DNA of 64,000 nucleotides from an uncultured Bacteroidota bacterium (GTDB lineage Bacteria; Bacteroidota; Bacteroidia; Bacteroidales; SZUA-534): NCBI GenBank assembly GCA_946404125.1, contig CAMJCK010000009.1, positions 14,006 to 78,005 of the forward strand, read 5' to 3'. Shown piece by piece: positions 61,682 to 64,000 of this stretch (position 1 is its first letter; each line of letters starts with the position of its first letter). The notes under the pieces were generated by a model. It saw only the letters and a program-made list of their open reading frames with translations, ran no database searches and was not told where the DNA came from. The position numbers and the translations under genes were made by a program.

Positions 61682-63157
61682 ATGAACAGTCTGGAATCGA
61701 AAGTTGTAACCGCCACAAAATGGTCGGCGCTGACAGAGATAGCGTCGAAGCTGATTTCGCCGATAGCGGGAATGATTCTGGCCCGCCTTCTCACCCCCGA
61801 AGCGTACGGCGCGGTTGCCACAACAACGATTATCATTTCGTTTGCGGAACTTTTTACCGATGCGGGTTTCCAGAAATACATCATCCAACACGACTTTGCC
61901 GACGATGACGACCGCGACAAAAGCATCAATGTCGCCTTTTGGACCAATCTGGTAATGAGCCTGATAATCTGGGGCGTAATAATCGTCTTCCGCTACCCAA
62001 TCGCGCGGATTGTCGGCAGTCCCGGCTTGGAAACTGCCATTGTCGTAGCTTGCGCGGCAATACCAATTGCGGCGTTTTCGAGTATACAAAACGCTATCTA
62101 CAAACGGAATCTCAATTTCCGTGTTCCGTTCATTGTCAGAATGATAGGATTAGGCATAACTTTCTTCATCACCATTCCCCTCGCCTTTGGGCTACGAAGT
62201 TATTGGGCTTTGATAATAAGCAAAATAATACAAGGATTGGTGGCGGCATTCGTCCTTACATTATATTCTAATTGGAAACCGACCCTTTATTACAGTTTTA
62301 AGCGGTTTAAAGAGATGTTTGGTTTTTGTTCCTGGGTATCGGCAAAAACCATCTTGGATTGGATGAATCAAAATGTCGCGTTATTCCTCGTCAGCACAAA
62401 ATTCGACCAGCACACGCTCGGAATATATAAAACCTCACTTACCAAGGCTGACAAATCTTTATCGGTAATTAGTTCCCCTGTCCTTCCCTTACTACTTCCG
62501 ACATTCTCAAAATTAAAAAACGATACACACCAACTGATAGAAACCATACTCAAAATGCAAAAGCATCTTAGCGTCATTATCCTTCCTTTTGGGTGCTTGT
62601 TTTTTTTATATCGAGATATAATTATTAGGATTTACCTTGGTAATCAATGGATTGAAGCTGCGGATCTAATCGGAATATGGGTATTAATGCGTGCATTCTC
62701 CATATTAATAAACCATTTCTGCGGAAGAACCTATATAGCCATTGGCAAACCAAAAGTCTCAACTCTCATATCCTTCCTATACACAATTGTGTTGATTCCT
62801 CTAATAATAATATCATCAAACTATGGCCCTAGGATTTTATTCTTATTCCATACTCTAAGTAGACTTTGGTTAATAGCAATAAACCTAATTGCCATTTATC
62901 TGCTAATCCGTCTCTCTCCGTTAAGAATTTTCCGAAACATACTACCAGAACTAATAGGTTGTGGATTAATGGTTGCAATCGCATACATATTATCAACAAT
63001 TTATAGTACAACCTTTGGGCAATTAGGATCAATGTTGTTTTGTTTATCTATATATTTCGTTTTTTTGTTCACCATTAAAAGCGAACGTGTCATAATCAAT
63101 AAAATATGGCAAAACACAGCAAACTCGATTGTTAGAAAAATAAGATGTATGAACTGA
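61682..63157 (+). CDS. Oligosaccharide flippase (Wzx/MOP superfamily) family protein
   Basis: About 12-14 TM helices. N-terminus VVTATKWSALTEIASKLISPIAGMILARLLTPEAYG is typical of polysaccharide biosynthesis flippases. ATG at 61682. Confidence 0.85.
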   Translation: MNSLESKVVTATKWSALTEIASKLISPIAGMILARLLTPEAYGAVATTTIIISFAELFTDAGFQKYIIQHDFADDDDRDKSINVAFWTNLVMSLIIWGVIIVFRYPIARIVGSPGLETAIVVACAAIPIAAFSSIQNAIYKRNLNFRVPFIVRMIGLGITFFITIPLAFGLRSYWALIISKIIQGLVAAFVLTLYSNWKPTLYYSFKRFKEMFGFCSWVSAKTILDWMNQNVALFLVSTKFDQHTLGIYKTSLTKADKSLSVISSPVLPLLLPTFSKLKNDTHQLIETILKMQKHLSVIILPFGCLFFLYRDIIIRIYLGNQWIEAADLIGIWVLMRAFSILINHFCGRTYIAIGKPKVSTLISFLYTIVLIPLIIISSNYGPRILFLFHTLSRLWLIAINLIAIYLLIRLSPLRIFRNILPELIGCGLMVAIAYILSTIYSTTFGQLGSMLFCLSIYFVFLFTIKSERVIINKIWQNTANSIVRKIRCMN

Positions 63158-63201
63158 AAAATCATTTTTTGATGGCCAAAACGTTCATTTGTATCTGATA
63201 C

Positions 63202-64000
63202 TGCATCATTTATGGCAAAAAAAAGAGCAATAATAATTGGGGCTGGTCCTGCTGGATTAACTGCCGCATTCGAATTACTTACAAAAACAACAGACATCGA
63301 AGTTGTTGTGCTTGAAGAGACAGACAGTTTGGGCGGGTTGTCGAAAACCGTGAATTACAAAGGGAATCGTATGGACATTGGCGGACACAGATTTTTCTCA
63401 AAATCGAAAGAAATAAACGATTGGTGGGAAAAAATGATGCCATTACAACCATCCGTTGATACCAACTATGACCACCAAGCAATCTCTGCCGATGATGTTA
63501 TGCTATTAAGACAAAGACATTCAAGAATCCTATTCAATTCTAAACTCTATGATTACCCCATATCAATCAATTGGGGGACATTATCCAACTTTGGTTTTGC
63601 GACCACTATTAAAGTTGCTTTCAGTTATATATATTCGGTTCTTTTGAAAAAAAAAGAATCGAATCTTGAACAGTTTTACATAAGAAGATTTGGAAAACGC
63701 CTATACTCAATGTTTTTCGAGCATTATACCGAAAAGGTCTGGGGACGTCATCCTCGCCATATTGATGCTTCGTGGGGTGCACAACGGATAAAAGGGTTGT
63801 CAATTGTTAATCTACTAAAAGATTTTTTTTTATTTCACAAAAAAGACAATGGACGAGAGACCTCGCTTATCAGGCAATTTAAATATCCCAAATATGGACC
63901 GGGACAACTCTGGGGAAAAACTGCTGACAAGATTGTTGAAATGGGTGGTTCGATAATTCTAAACGCAAAAGTCATAGGATTGCTTCAAAGCAACAATAAA
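63202..64000 (+). CDS. NAD(P)/FAD-dependent oxidoreductase (amine-oxidase/UDP-galactopyranose-mutase-like fold), 3' end off window
   Basis: Not in the ORF track because it has no stop in the window. My manual translation from ATG 63202: [23 protein letters not shown]...[10 protein letters not shown]...[11 protein letters not shown]..., open to the window end. GxGxxG dinucleotide-binding motif. Confidence 0.75.

Noticed and set aside
1-64000. tRNA, rRNA, tmRNA, RNase P or riboswitch genes
   Set aside because: Scanning the intergenic regions by eye showed no T-arm (GGTTCGAATCC-like) motifs, no cloverleaf-sized conserved blocks and no rRNA-like stretches. Absence cannot be proven without tRNAscan-SE/Infernal.

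Overview
This 64-kb window looks like a Bacteroidota (Bacteroidales-type) chromosome. The evidence is a SusC/SusD pair, a hybrid two-component regulator, lipoprotein signal peptides and TAnnTTTG -7 promoter boxes. All calls come from reading the ORF track and the DNA by eye; no searches were run, so family names rest on remembered motifs. Most of the window is ordinary core content. It holds uvrB, map, hisS, dnaA with an AT-rich upstream spacer (a possible but unproven origin region), an amidase, an lptD-like gene, nudC and galM. It also holds an acyl-ACP thioesterase, ROK kinase, several transporters and two classical two-component pairs. A small polysaccharide-utilisation locus is present (HTCS, SGNH esterase, GH43, SusC, SusD). 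Accessory parts: (1) The best candidate for something new is a minus-strand island at 4720-10442, between a LytTR two-component pair and nudC. It encodes a standalone HIRAN protein, a long McrB GTPase with a PUA/EVE-like insert, a McrC/LlaJI-like nuclease and, 25 nt downstream, an HUH (IS200/RAYT-like) domain fused to a DprA/SLOG-like domain. (2) A tightly packed four-gene operon at 43500-49672. It encodes an STN-domain TonB-dependent transducer, DUF4249, a barrel-less MG2/CarboxypepD/Plug-like protein and a small secreted protein, with no sigma/anti-sigma pair in view. (3) AT-rich orphan genes at 36678-37097 and 41990-43347. (4) The start of a polysaccharide-biosynthesis locus at 61682-64000. 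A non-genic pattern recurs across the window: many intergenic spacers consist of imperfect tandem 7- or 8-nt words that each contain a stop triplet. Because the period is not a multiple of 3, about three copies place stops in all three frames, usually on the strand of the gene that has just ended. Inverted copies of the same words form GAA/TTC tri-loop hairpins. I found no rRNA, tRNA, CRISPR array or intact IS/prophage by eye.
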